A stretch of 64,000 bases of DNA from positions 256,001-320,000 of the forward strand of contig CAXXYH010000004.1 of NCBI GenBank assembly GCA_963677925.2, in the 5' to 3' direction. The translations under genes and the position numbers were made by a program. This DNA is from Spirochaetia bacterium (GTDB taxonomy: Bacteria; Spirochaetota; Spirochaetia; UBA9216). Shown here piece after piece: positions 1 through 9,041 of this stretch; the first letter of the stretch is position 1, and every line of letters begins with the position of its first letter. Below the pieces are notes generated by a model. It searched no databases. It was not told the DNA's origin and worked only from the letters and a program-made list of their open reading frames with translations.

Positions 1-342
1 AGTATCAGCATTTCCGAAGTATCCGTCAAGCGAGTTTGTAGTAAAAGGGTTAACACCTGTTACAGGAGCAGTTATTGGTACTCCGACAGGAAAGTAATTA
101 TATGACTGATAGTTTCCATAAGCAGTGAATAGTGAAACACCTTCAAAATCTGAAAGTTCAGCCGGGGAGGTAATAAGAACGTCTATTGCATCATAGAGCA
201 TTCCATTCGAGACAACACTTATCATTGATCTTGGAATTAGAAAGGTGTTTGTGTCATAGGGGTTTGTCCAGGTTGTTTCCTGCGCGCTTACGAAAGAAAC
301 AGCGAGAACCAGAAGAAGGCAGATCATGAGTAGTTTTTTCAT
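1..342 (-). CDS. Secreted/outer-envelope protein, partial (runs off window start)
   Basis: Hand translation from ATG at 342: MKKLLMICLLLVLAVSFVSAQETTWTNPYDTNTFLIPRSM..., open to position 1. Signal-peptide-like N-terminus (VSA/Q) and AGGAG RBS (ctcct 350-354). Not in the ORF track because it lacks a stop. Confidence 0.8.
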   Translation of the reverse strand, partial: MKKLLMICLLLVLAVSFVSAQETTWTNPYDTNTFLIPRSMISVVSNGMLYDAIDVLITSPAELSDFEGVSLFTAYGNYQSYNYFPVGVPITAPVTGVNPFTTNSLDGYFGNADT

Positions 343-415
343 ACGTTTTCTCCTAACAAATTTTTATATTAATTATAACACATTGGTTTTCAAATGATAG
401 AGCCGGACAAAAGTT

Positions 416-1033
416 TTATATTTCAAACTTTATAGTAAATCTCATACGCACAGCAACTGGATTTCCCCCGGTTCTTGCAGGACTGAACGTTGAATCATGA
501 ATCATCTTCTCAGCAGCTTCATCAAAACCGAATCCGGCTGACTTGAGGACTCTGATTTCATGTACTGTACCGTTTTCATCAATATCCGCCTCAAGAATTA
601 CGGTCCCTTCAATGCGCTCACGCTCAGCCTGAATTGGATAATCAAGCCCAGCCTTTATTAAAAACTCAGGACGGATATCAACCCGGTAGAAGGGAAGGTA
701 TTCTCTTGCAGGCACCCCGCCTTCATCGGCCGCAGATTCAGTTTTCTGAGGAGGAGCCTGTACCGGTTCGGGCACTTCGGCGGCTGGTTCTTCAACAGGA
801 ATTACAGCCTCATTTACCATTTCCTGTATTTCGGGTTCCGGTTCAATCACCGGCTCAGGCTGCTGGGGGATTACCGGCTGTTCAACCAGAACTACATCAA
901 CCATCTCTATAAATTCGGCTTTTTTCTTAACGGTTTCCTCTGCTGTTATTTGAAAGTGACGGGTAAGAAGCAGAACATGAATTAAGACAGAGACTATAAC
1001 TGCTGCAGCCCAGGCATAACGCTTCGGTTTCAT
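416..1033 (-). CDS. tonB: TonB family energy transducer
   Basis: N-terminal TM anchor (SVLIH), Pro/Glu-rich linker, C-terminal YPxxA...EGTV...G.V...S.G.GFDEAA...FSPA TonB_C pattern. Confidence 0.9.
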   Translation of the reverse strand: MKPKRYAWAAAVIVSVLIHVLLLTRHFQITAEETVKKKAEFIEMVDVVLVEQPVIPQQPEPVIEPEPEIQEMVNEAVIPVEEPAAEVPEPVQAPPQKTESAADEGGVPAREYLPFYRVDIRPEFLIKAGLDYPIQAERERIEGTVILEADIDENGTVHEIRVLKSAGFGFDEAAEKMIHDSTFSPARTGGNPVAVRMRFTIKFEI

Positions 1034-1425
1034 TCACTCACCGTTTCATCATCCATAATCAGGACAATATCTGTAAGTCCCGAGGCTTGAAGGATATCCA
1101 GGGTTTTATCAATATTACTGTAGAATGTATTTTTATCGGCAACAAGATTTATTACTGTACCGGAAGGAACCTGATTCAAAGTCCTTTCAAAACGTTCAGA
1201 CGTCATATACTCACCGCTGATACCGTTACTGCCGTCGGAAGCTACATTAACTGTCAGGGTAGCGGGGAATTCAGTCTGCTGCATAAATCGGAATTGCGGC
1301 AGCTGAATCTCGCCATACTCATCAACACTTGCAGTGAGTATCAGAAAAATGAGCAGAAGAAATGCAATATCCGGCATAGCAAACATCGTTATTGAAGATT
1401 TTCTCTGTCTGATGCGTATTTTCAT
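1030..1425 (-). CDS. exbD: ExbD/TolR biopolymer transporter
   Basis: MPDIAFLLLIFLI TM segment with the conserved Asp; ADK..Y periplasmic motif; adjacent to tonB. Confidence 0.88.
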   Translation of the reverse strand: MKIRIRQRKSSITMFAMPDIAFLLLIFLILTASVDEYGEIQLPQFRFMQQTEFPATLTVNVASDGSNGISGEYMTSERFERTLNQVPSGTVINLVADKNTFYSNIDKTLDILQASGLTDIVLIMDDETVSE

Positions 1426-1865
1426 TCCGCAGCCTCCCCTAGCTTTAAACCTATTGGTTCACCCTCGAGGTAACGGATTGTAAACTTCGAAATTCCTGAT
1501 TCCTTAGTTATTTCCATTATACTGATGATGCTCTGATATTTCACATCAGCGTCTACATTCAGAATCATCACGGGATCCGGGAGAGGCCCTGCTGCCTTAC
1601 TGATAAGTTCTGAGAGTATCGTCTTACCTGACGCAGGCTGTTTATTCACCAGGAATTCATCTTCTGAAAGTACATCAACAATAACCACCTCGTCTGCAGT
1701 CATGGTTCTGGGGCTGGAATCTTTTGCAGGCAGTTTCAGGACAATCCCGGCTGTCGACATAAAAACTGCTGATACAAGAAAAAAGATAATGAGAAGAAAT
1801 GAGATATCAGTCATTGCACCGGTAAAATCACTCACACTACCGGATTTCCTGGTGTTAATCTTCAT
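1422..1865 (-). CDS. exbD: ExbD/TolR biopolymer transporter (second copy)
   Basis: MTDISFLLIIFFLV TM motif followed by LKLP. Confidence 0.88.
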   Translation of the reverse strand: MKINTRKSGSVSDFTGAMTDISFLLIIFFLVSAVFMSTAGIVLKLPAKDSSPRTMTADEVVIVDVLSEDEFLVNKQPASGKTILSELISKAAGPLPDPVMILNVDADVKYQSIISIMEITKESGISKFTIRYLEGEPIGLKLGEAAE

Positions 1866-1870
1866 TATTT

Positions 1871-2437
1871 CTAATCGTTTCTGCTTCTTGCAGTCCTGGT
1901 GACAAGTTCTTCAACACCGTGGGCTGAAGCAGTGAGTACAAAACGGAACAGATGCTCGGAAGCGAGGCAGATAACAGCAATTATAAGCCCGAAGCCTGTT
2001 GTAATAAGAGCCTCTGAAATACCCCCTGCAACAAGATTAACCGACACCTTATTGGCATCTGCAATAGTCTGGAAGGAGGCAATCATGCCGGAAACGGTTC
2101 CTATAAAGCCGAGAAGGGGCGCTACCGCACTTATCGCTGAAATATATTCCAGCCTCCGGAACATCCGGTCATAGACAAGCTGAACTTCCTGACTGATATA
2201 CTTTTCAAAATCATCAGCACTCTGAGAAAAAAGATCTGTTCCGTCAAAACCGGAAAACAGAAGTCCCTCTTTTCCGGAACTTTTTAAATATATCTGAAAC
2301 TGCGAGATACTCTTATTAAAGCAAAACATCTGTATAAGGCATTCAATGATCAGAGCGACTCCGGCTGCTGATAAAACCAGAAGCGGCCACATAAAGATAC
2401 CGCCGGAAAGAAATAATGCTGAAATTGTAGTATTCAT
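1871..2437 (-). CDS. exbB: MotA/TolQ/ExbB proton channel
   Basis: GGIFMWPL, APLLGFIGTVSGMI and GISEALITTGFGL motifs. Confidence 0.92.
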   Translation of the reverse strand: MNTTISALFLSGGIFMWPLLVLSAAGVALIIECLIQMFCFNKSISQFQIYLKSSGKEGLLFSGFDGTDLFSQSADDFEKYISQEVQLVYDRMFRRLEYISAISAVAPLLGFIGTVSGMIASFQTIADANKVSVNLVAGGISEALITTGFGLIIAVICLASEHLFRFVLTASAHGVEELVTRTARSRND

Positions 2438-2445
2438 AGTTGCTC

Positions 2446-4887
2446 CTAAAATGAAATGCTTAAGCCGAGTTCACAGGTCAGCAGGGTTATAAGAAGATCG
2501 GTCCATGTATATTCATATGTATAGTTTCTAGATGCAAAATCAGCTGTAGTAGAGCCGGGAGATTCCTGCAGAGATTCTTTTAACTCCATTCCTGCATAAT
2601 TCAATCCATCAATAAGGTTAGCGGTTTTAAAGAAAAAATTCAGATCATCATCACCGAAACTCATGTTAGCAGTCAGTTCATAGGTCGGGACATAATTATA
2701 AGCCGTATTATAGTCACCATAACTGATAGTCGTTCCCAAGCCTGACTCTTCAACAATCTGAGGAGTAAAGGGCTGACCGCTGTAGATGAAGAGATTAAGA
2801 TTCAGCCTGAATTTTCCATTTTTATATGATCCGCTTCCTTTTAAAGCATTCTGAACTTCGGTATTGGGGATAACCCATCCGTATTCCTCTGTCATATACC
2901 TGGTCCAGGAAAAGGCATAAGACAGACTCCAGTCAAAAAACTCTCCGGCATTATTTTTCCAGGTCAAATCAATACCTGTTGAATATCCGTATTCCGGATC
3001 AAGGGCAACCAGCTGTGAATCAGTATCCGAATAGGATGTGTTCATATTGATTCCGTTCAAATCATAATACCAGGCAAAGTATGGAGAAGCCTTCAAGGAA
3101 GAATCATCACTAAGCATATAAACAGCCTGTACCGCCCCAATTGCTGCCATTGGAGGTTCTTCAAGAACAGTTTCAGAATCTACTTCGTAGTATATTTCAT
3201 CAATCCGTCTTTCAATAAGTGAGACTTCATCGATTATTCCCGGGGACCAGCCGGCAGTCAGGGCAATTGATGTCTTTTCAAGAGACCAGACTATTTCGCC
3301 TTCCACCGACGGACGGAAGATATTGGATTGGGGATACCATAAAACTCCTCCGCCTGCATTATAATCAAGATTATCAGTATCACCTAAAATCTTACTGTAC
3401 AGATAGGCAGTGAAAAGCAGATCTTCATAATTGAGATTTGAATGACTGTAGTTAGTATATACAGTGCCCTCGCTGTCTTCTGCATACTGTGAATCAGAAT
3501 AGAGGCCGTACAGACCGGAAAGCCGTGAGTTAAGACCGGAGATAAAAAGTAGGTCCGGACCGAGATAAAAGCCCGCCTCATCGCCGGCCTGTATAGACTG
3601 ATAATTGTACTTATATGAAGCTTCATAATTGCTTGTAAAGCCGAAATTTTCACCTGAAAAACTGTAGGAAAGGTCCGCAGTATCCTGATAAAGGGAGCCG
3701 AAAACATAGAGCTTATTTCCGAATGACGGATTTACCGACCACGCCCACTTGCTTCCTGCGGCAGCAAAATACGGCAGATATGAGGAATTAAAAAAAGCCT
3801 CTTCAAAGGACAGGTCCCATCCGTAGGAATCATAAAAACCTATCACATCAAAGCTGAAATCATGATTTGGAGGAGTGTATCTGAGGCTTGCAAGGATATC
3901 CCCATATGAAATATCAGTGGGCATGTCATCTTCATTAAGCTGATCCTCGCTGGCAATCTCAATAACAAGACCCATTAATGGAAGAGTAGTAAAATTAAGA
4001 ATCGACTGGGTCAGTGAAACAAGCAGACTTAATTCGGGGGTAAAACGCATTGTAGACAAACCCGAAATTTCTGAGGTTGAAGGTGTGAGGGTGAAATTCC
4101 AGCCGTCCTCAGCCCTTTTCGGGTTAAGCACAAAGACTCCGCCTATCCCGGGTCCATATTCAACCGGACTTGCACCCTTGTAGACTTCAATTGAATCTAC
4201 AGCCTCACGTGGAATTACTGCTTCTGCCTCCGGAGAGCCGTAAACATGTTTGTTGGAAGGAAGTCTGATATAATCATAGTAATAGTTATTCCAGTCACTT
4301 TCTCCGCCATATACTGTAACCTCTGATCTTTCTGCTGTTTTCATCCTTCTCTCCGGAAGAACCAGAGGGGAGCCCTCGGAAGTATCACTCATCGACATGG
4401 ATTCGGAAACAGCAGCACTCATAATATCAAGCTCTTTGATGATCCCGTCTTCTTTGGCCAGAGCATCAAAGGGATCGGCTCCTACCGGTTCGCTCTCCAG
4501 CTCTTCAGAAGTCACACCGTCATTTATTTCAGCTGCGGCTTTCTGAGGTTCAGCCTTTACTGTTATCGTATCCATCTCGACAACTTCAGGTTCAATTATC
4601 AGAGTAAGCGGTACACTGGAGAGTTCCAATTCCGGAAACTCCTTCTCGATAAATCCGGGAACAGAAACAAGGATGGTAAACGGTGTATCAGGAATCAGGT
4701 AAAGGGTGAAGCTTCCGTCAGCTTCGGTTATGGTAATATCATCTGTTTCAAGAAGCACTACAGTGGCATCGGCAACAGGGTTTCCGGTATCAGCAACAAC
4801 TTTACCGGTTAGCTCCCTGGAAAAAACAGCGGATACCAGTATCAGGTTAATGATTATAATACTCAATAATATTTTTACATTTTTCAT
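2446..4887 (-). CDS. TonB-dependent receptor-like outer-membrane protein
   Basis: Signal peptide, carboxypeptidase-regulatory-like N-domain (LTGKVV...PVADATV), TonB-box-like EMDTITV, plug-end motif IEVYKGASPVEYG..GGV, aromatic-rich barrel, C-terminal Phe (LGLSISF). First gene of the exbBD-tonB run. Confidence 0.8.
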   Translation of the reverse strand: MKNVKILLSIIIINLILVSAVFSRELTGKVVADTGNPVADATVVLLETDDITITEADGSFTLYLIPDTPFTILVSVPGFIEKEFPELELSSVPLTLIIEPEVVEMDTITVKAEPQKAAAEINDGVTSEELESEPVGADPFDALAKEDGIIKELDIMSAAVSESMSMSDTSEGSPLVLPERRMKTAERSEVTVYGGESDWNNYYYDYIRLPSNKHVYGSPEAEAVIPREAVDSIEVYKGASPVEYGPGIGGVFVLNPKRAEDGWNFTLTPSTSEISGLSTMRFTPELSLLVSLTQSILNFTTLPLMGLVIEIASEDQLNEDDMPTDISYGDILASLRYTPPNHDFSFDVIGFYDSYGWDLSFEEAFFNSSYLPYFAAAGSKWAWSVNPSFGNKLYVFGSLYQDTADLSYSFSGENFGFTSNYEASYKYNYQSIQAGDEAGFYLGPDLLFISGLNSRLSGLYGLYSDSQYAEDSEGTVYTNYSHSNLNYEDLLFTAYLYSKILGDTDNLDYNAGGGVLWYPQSNIFRPSVEGEIVWSLEKTSIALTAGWSPGIIDEVSLIERRIDEIYYEVDSETVLEEPPMAAIGAVQAVYMLSDDSSLKASPYFAWYYDLNGINMNTSYSDTDSQLVALDPEYGYSTGIDLTWKNNAGEFFDWSLSYAFSWTRYMTEEYGWVIPNTEVQNALKGSGSYKNGKFRLNLNLFIYSGQPFTPQIVEESGLGTTISYGDYNTAYNYVPTYELTANMSFGDDDLNFFFKTANLIDGLNYAGMELKESLQESPGSTTADFASRNYTYEYTWTDLLITLLTCELGLSISF

Positions 4888-4926
4888 GCTGGTATTATAT
4901 ATGCTGCCAGAAGCTGTTTCAACATT

Positions 4927-4967
4927 AAAAAAGCCTCCGGAGAAACGCTGAAGGCTTCCCCGGAGGC
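4927..4967 (-). terminator. Probable intrinsic terminator after tkt
   Basis: gcctccgg (4933-4940) pairs with ccggaggc (4960-4967); A6 at 4927-4932 is a U-tract on the minus strand. Confidence 0.7.
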
Positions 4968-4989
4968 CTGTTATAGGCTGTCAAGCTTC

Positions 4990-6960
4990 TTATTTTTCGA
5001 TAAGAGCCTTAAGGTATGGTGCTGTAAAATGAAAGTGCTCGGCAACTTTTGCAGCAGGTCCGCATTCACCGAATCTTTCGATGCAGAACATATCGTCTGC
5101 TGATGTTGCAAGTTTTTCCCATCCGTATGAGCTTCCTGCTTCAGCGGCAATTACCCTGCAGCCCGGAGTTACGATAGAATCCCTGAAAGCCTTGTCCTGC
5201 TTGAGGAAGGTTCCAAGATCCGAGATCGAAACAACCCTTACCTTCTTTGAAGAGGTTTCAGCGGCTTCAACTGCAAGTGAAACTTCAGAACCGGTTGCAA
5301 CAACAATTACATCAGGTGTTCCATCGCAGTCTACTGCCACGTATCCGCCCTTTCTGTAGTTGGCTTTCCAGTTTTTGTCAGCCTTTTCATAGACCTTGAG
5401 GTTCTGTCTTGTAAGCGCAATTGATGTAGGACCGTCTTTTTTCTCGATAGCCATCTGCCATGCTACGTTTGTTTCCTCCGCATCTCCGGGTCTGAGAGCC
5501 TGAAGATTAGGAATAACACGGAGCGATGCCATGTGTTCAATAGGCTGATGGGTCGGTCCGTCTTCACCGACAAAAATTGAATCGTGAGTGAAAACCCATA
5601 CTGAGGGAATTCCCATGAGTGCGGCAAGCCTGATTGGAGGTCTCATGTAGTCGGCAAACACAAGGAAGGTTGCACCGTAGGATCTGAGGCCGCCGTGAAG
5701 GACCATACCGTTTACGATACCGCCCATTCCGTGTTCCCTGATTCCAAAGTGAAGGTTTCTTCCGCTTCGGTCTGATTTTGAGAAATCACCCATTCCCTTA
5801 AGAACAGTCTTATTTGAGGGACCGAGGTCCGCAGAACCGCCGATAAGGTTGGGAATAACTGCAGCAACAGCATTTATTGCCTTTTCTCCAGCTACACGGG
5901 TTGCAACACTGTCGCCGGCCTTGTACTCGGGCATTGCGGAATCTGCAACACTTAAGTCCTCGGCAAACCACTGGTCCCACTCTGCCTTGAGAGCTGCATT
6001 TTCACTGCTCCAGTTTTTGAAAGCATCCTGCCATGCATCATATGCAGAAGCACAGCGCTTTTTAACATCGTTGAAGTATGTTACAGCATCCGGATCGACA
6101 TAGAAATCCTGATCTTCGGGGATTCCGAGCTTCTTTCTGGTTGCTATGATTTCTTCCTGACCCAGGGGTGCTCCGTGAGTATTATGATCGCCTTCCATGT
6201 TGGCGGAACCCTTTCCGATTACACCTTTCATAATAACCAGAGTCGGTTTTCCTGTTTCAGCCTTTGCCTTTTCAACTGCGGAATAGAGCTCATCAACATT
6301 GAATGCATCAGCATTGAGGACCTGCCAGCCGTAGGCTTCGAATCTCTTGCCTACATCTTCTGAAAAAGCGATATCGGTATCACCTTCGATAGTAATTCCG
6401 TTTGAGTCATAGAACATAATAAGCTTGCCCAGGCCCAGATGGCCTGCAAGGGATGCAGCCTCTGAAGAAACGCCCTCCATCAGACAGCCGTCACCATTAA
6501 TTACATAAGTATAATGATCGACAATCTTGTGCTTATCGGTGTTGAATTTTTTGGCCAGAATAGTCTCGGCCATTGCCATACCTACGGCGTTGCTGATACC
6601 GGCGCCAAGAGGTCCGGTTGTTGTATCAACACCTTCGGTATAATTATATTCAGGATGACCCGGAGTCATAGAGCCAAGCTGTCTGAAATTTTTCAGGTCA
6701 TCCAGAGTTACCTTGAATCCTGCAAGATGCAGAATAGAATAGAGAAGCATTGAACCGTGTCCCGCAGACAGCACGAACCGGTCTCTGTTGATCCACTTCG
6801 GATCTGCAGGGTTGTAGTTCATTACTTCACCGTAGAGGACTGAGGCTACCTCAGCATTTCCCATAGGCATACCCGGATGTCCCGAGTTAGCCTTCTGTAC
6901 GGCATCCATTGCAAGGGCTCTTATGCTCTTTGCTGATGCACTTAATCCTTTGTTATTCAT
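4990..6960 (-). CDS. tkt: Transketolase
   Basis: SGHPGMPMG, RDRFVLSAGHGS, GDGCLMEG TPP motif, THDSIFVGEDGPTHQP. Confidence 0.97.
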   Translation of the reverse strand: MNNKGLSASAKSIRALAMDAVQKANSGHPGMPMGNAEVASVLYGEVMNYNPADPKWINRDRFVLSAGHGSMLLYSILHLAGFKVTLDDLKNFRQLGSMTPGHPEYNYTEGVDTTTGPLGAGISNAVGMAMAETILAKKFNTDKHKIVDHYTYVINGDGCLMEGVSSEAASLAGHLGLGKLIMFYDSNGITIEGDTDIAFSEDVGKRFEAYGWQVLNADAFNVDELYSAVEKAKAETGKPTLVIMKGVIGKGSANMEGDHNTHGAPLGQEEIIATRKKLGIPEDQDFYVDPDAVTYFNDVKKRCASAYDAWQDAFKNWSSENAALKAEWDQWFAEDLSVADSAMPEYKAGDSVATRVAGEKAINAVAAVIPNLIGGSADLGPSNKTVLKGMGDFSKSDRSGRNLHFGIREHGMGGIVNGMVLHGGLRSYGATFLVFADYMRPPIRLAALMGIPSVWVFTHDSIFVGEDGPTHQPIEHMASLRVIPNLQALRPGDAEETNVAWQMAIEKKDGPTSIALTRQNLKVYEKADKNWKANYRKGGYVAVDCDGTPDVIVVATGSEVSLAVEAAETSSKKVRVVSISDLGTFLKQDKAFRDSIVTPGCRVIAAEAGSSYGWEKLATSADDMFCIERFGECGPAAKVAEHFHFTAPYLKALIEK

Positions 6961-6984
6961 TTTTCACCTCGTTTTGTGAGCTGC

Positions 6985-9030
6985 TTATTTCATCATTACT
7001 GCCGCAGTAGGACAGACCTTGACGCATTCTCCGCAGCCGTCACATGTCGTATTAACCAGAGATTTGCCGAAAGGAGCCCGCATCCTTGTAACAAAACCTC
7101 TGTTCACATAGGCCAGAACATCCAGCCCCTTTACTTCGGCACATGCACGCACACAGCTTCCGCAATTGATACATTTACCGAATTCCATTTTAACAAGTTC
7201 ATGAGTTCTGTCGACCTCATATTCCCTTCTTTCACCGAGGAAGTAGGACTGATCAGCACCGTAGCGGCCCGAATAATCACGAAGCTTACAGTCGTCTGCA
7301 GAATCACATCCGCATTTTAGACAGCGCTCTGCTTCCTTTCTGGCAAGTTCAGTACTGAAGCCGGTCTCAATCTCTGTGAAAGTTGTATTTCTGGTCTTAT
7401 CGTCGATAAGCGGCATTTCAATCTTTGCCTGCTTTTCATAACCTTCGAAGAGCTTTTCGCTTACATCCTTGAGTTCACCCATCTTTGAATTAAAAAGAAC
7501 CGGTTCCCCTGTTACAGCTTCACCGGCAAGGAATTGATTGATGGAGTATGCGGCTTTTCTTCCGGCTCCAACTGCCCTTACAGCAATATCAGCACCGGTC
7601 TGACAGTCACCGCAGGCAAAAACGCCGGGTCGGCCGGTCATGTATGTTTTTTCATCAGTAAGGATTGAGCCCCATCTTGTAAGTTCTATTCCAAGCTCTG
7701 CGACAGACTCGGGAACGACCTTCTGGCCGATGGCTCCGATAACCGCGGATGCTTCAATTTTAAACTCCGAGCCCTTAATCTGTACAGGACTGCGGCGGCC
7801 GCTTGCATCAGGTTCACCAAGCTCCATTCTGATGCACTCAACCATCAGCTTGTCGCCTTCCTTTGAGATACCCACCGGAGCAGCAAGATACTCGATGTTA
7901 ACGCCTTCATGAAGTGCTTCATCGATTTCAAAGTCGCTCGCAGGCATTTCAGCACGGGTTCTTCTGTAGAGGATGGTTACATTTGCACCCTTTCTGAGTG
8001 CCGAACGCGCAACGTCGATAGCGGTGTTTCCGCCTCCGACAACAACTACATTTGAGCCGACATCGGGATCTTCATCTTCGGCAAGCTGACCAAGGTATTC
8101 GATACCTGAAAGCACACCGGGAAGATCTTCACCGGGAACCCTGATAGAAGAGGCCCCCTGTGCGCCGATTGCAAGAAGAACAGAATCGAACTCCTTCTCC
8201 AGATCCTTTGCACTGATGTCTTTACCCACTGTTGTTTCATATTTTACGGTTGCACCCATATCCTCTACAACACCGAGTTCGTCCATCAGGACTTCGTCAG
8301 GAAGTCTGTAGTAGGGAATACCGTAGCGGAGCATACCACCTGATTTTTTATGTGATTCGAATACGGTTACATCGTGTCCGTTGAGCCTTAAAAAGTAGGC
8401 AGCTGACATACCCGCAGGTCCGGCACCGATAACTGCAACCTTTTTGCCTGTTGATGCTGCCGGGGCAGGAATTGAACGCCTGCCAAGCTCCTTCTTCTCA
8501 AAGTCGGAGATGTATCGCTTCATGTAGCAGATGGACATGGCATCTTCCACACGGTTTCTGCGGCAGGCATCTTCACAGGGTCTCGGGCAGATTCGGCCGA
8601 GGATTCCCGGAATGGGGGCTTTTTCCCTGATTAGTTTTGCCGCTTCGAGTTCTTTACCCTCAGCAACAAAGCCCATAAAGCCCTTGATGTCGATTGATGA
8701 GGGACATGCATCCTCACATGGAGGGAGACAGTCTCCGCAGTGGTCGGAAAGAAGCAGGTTCAGACACATACGTCTGGCTGCATCGATCTCTTCTGATTCG
8801 ACAGTTACCACCATTCCGTCTCTGACCTTGGTTGCACAGGAAGGAACAAGGTTTCCCTTTCCGCCCTCAACTTTTACCGCACATACAAAGCAGCTTGTAA
8901 AAGGTTTGAGGTTTTCGGCATGACAGAATGTCGGAACGTCAAATCCCGCTGTTCTGGCGGCTTCAAGGATTGTGGAATCCGGGGCCACCTTTACTTCTAT
9001 ATCATTTATCTTAACTGAAACTTCAGACAT
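6985..9030 (-). CDS. Fe-S flavoprotein: NuoG/HydA-like [2Fe-2S] N-domain + GltD/NfnB-like FAD/NADPH domain + 2x[4Fe-4S] (StnC/NsoC/SfrB-like)
   Basis: PTFCH..SCFVC..PSC, HCGDC.PPC..ACP, GRICPRPCE..C, GAGPAG, GGGNTAID.AR, YRRTR, RCLKCGC, CINCGSC and CDGCGEC..CP. No H-cluster motifs. Confidence 0.85.
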   Translation of the reverse strand: MSEVSVKINDIEVKVAPDSTILEAARTAGFDVPTFCHAENLKPFTSCFVCAVKVEGGKGNLVPSCATKVRDGMVVTVESEEIDAARRMCLNLLLSDHCGDCLPPCEDACPSSIDIKGFMGFVAEGKELEAAKLIREKAPIPGILGRICPRPCEDACRRNRVEDAMSICYMKRYISDFEKKELGRRSIPAPAASTGKKVAVIGAGPAGMSAAYFLRLNGHDVTVFESHKKSGGMLRYGIPYYRLPDEVLMDELGVVEDMGATVKYETTVGKDISAKDLEKEFDSVLLAIGAQGASSIRVPGEDLPGVLSGIEYLGQLAEDEDPDVGSNVVVVGGGNTAIDVARSALRKGANVTILYRRTRAEMPASDFEIDEALHEGVNIEYLAAPVGISKEGDKLMVECIRMELGEPDASGRRSPVQIKGSEFKIEASAVIGAIGQKVVPESVAELGIELTRWGSILTDEKTYMTGRPGVFACGDCQTGADIAVRAVGAGRKAAYSINQFLAGEAVTGEPVLFNSKMGELKDVSEKLFEGYEKQAKIEMPLIDDKTRNTTFTEIETGFSTELARKEAERCLKCGCDSADDCKLRDYSGRYGADQSYFLGERREYEVDRTHELVKMEFGKCINCGSCVRACAEVKGLDVLAYVNRGFVTRMRAPFGKSLVNTTCDGCGECVKVCPTAAVMMK

Positions 9031-9041
9031 TATTCTTTCCT

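Noticed and set aside
760-900. Repetitive ggttc/ggctc-like DNA in tonB
   Set aside because: It encodes the usual Glu-Pro linker of TonB.
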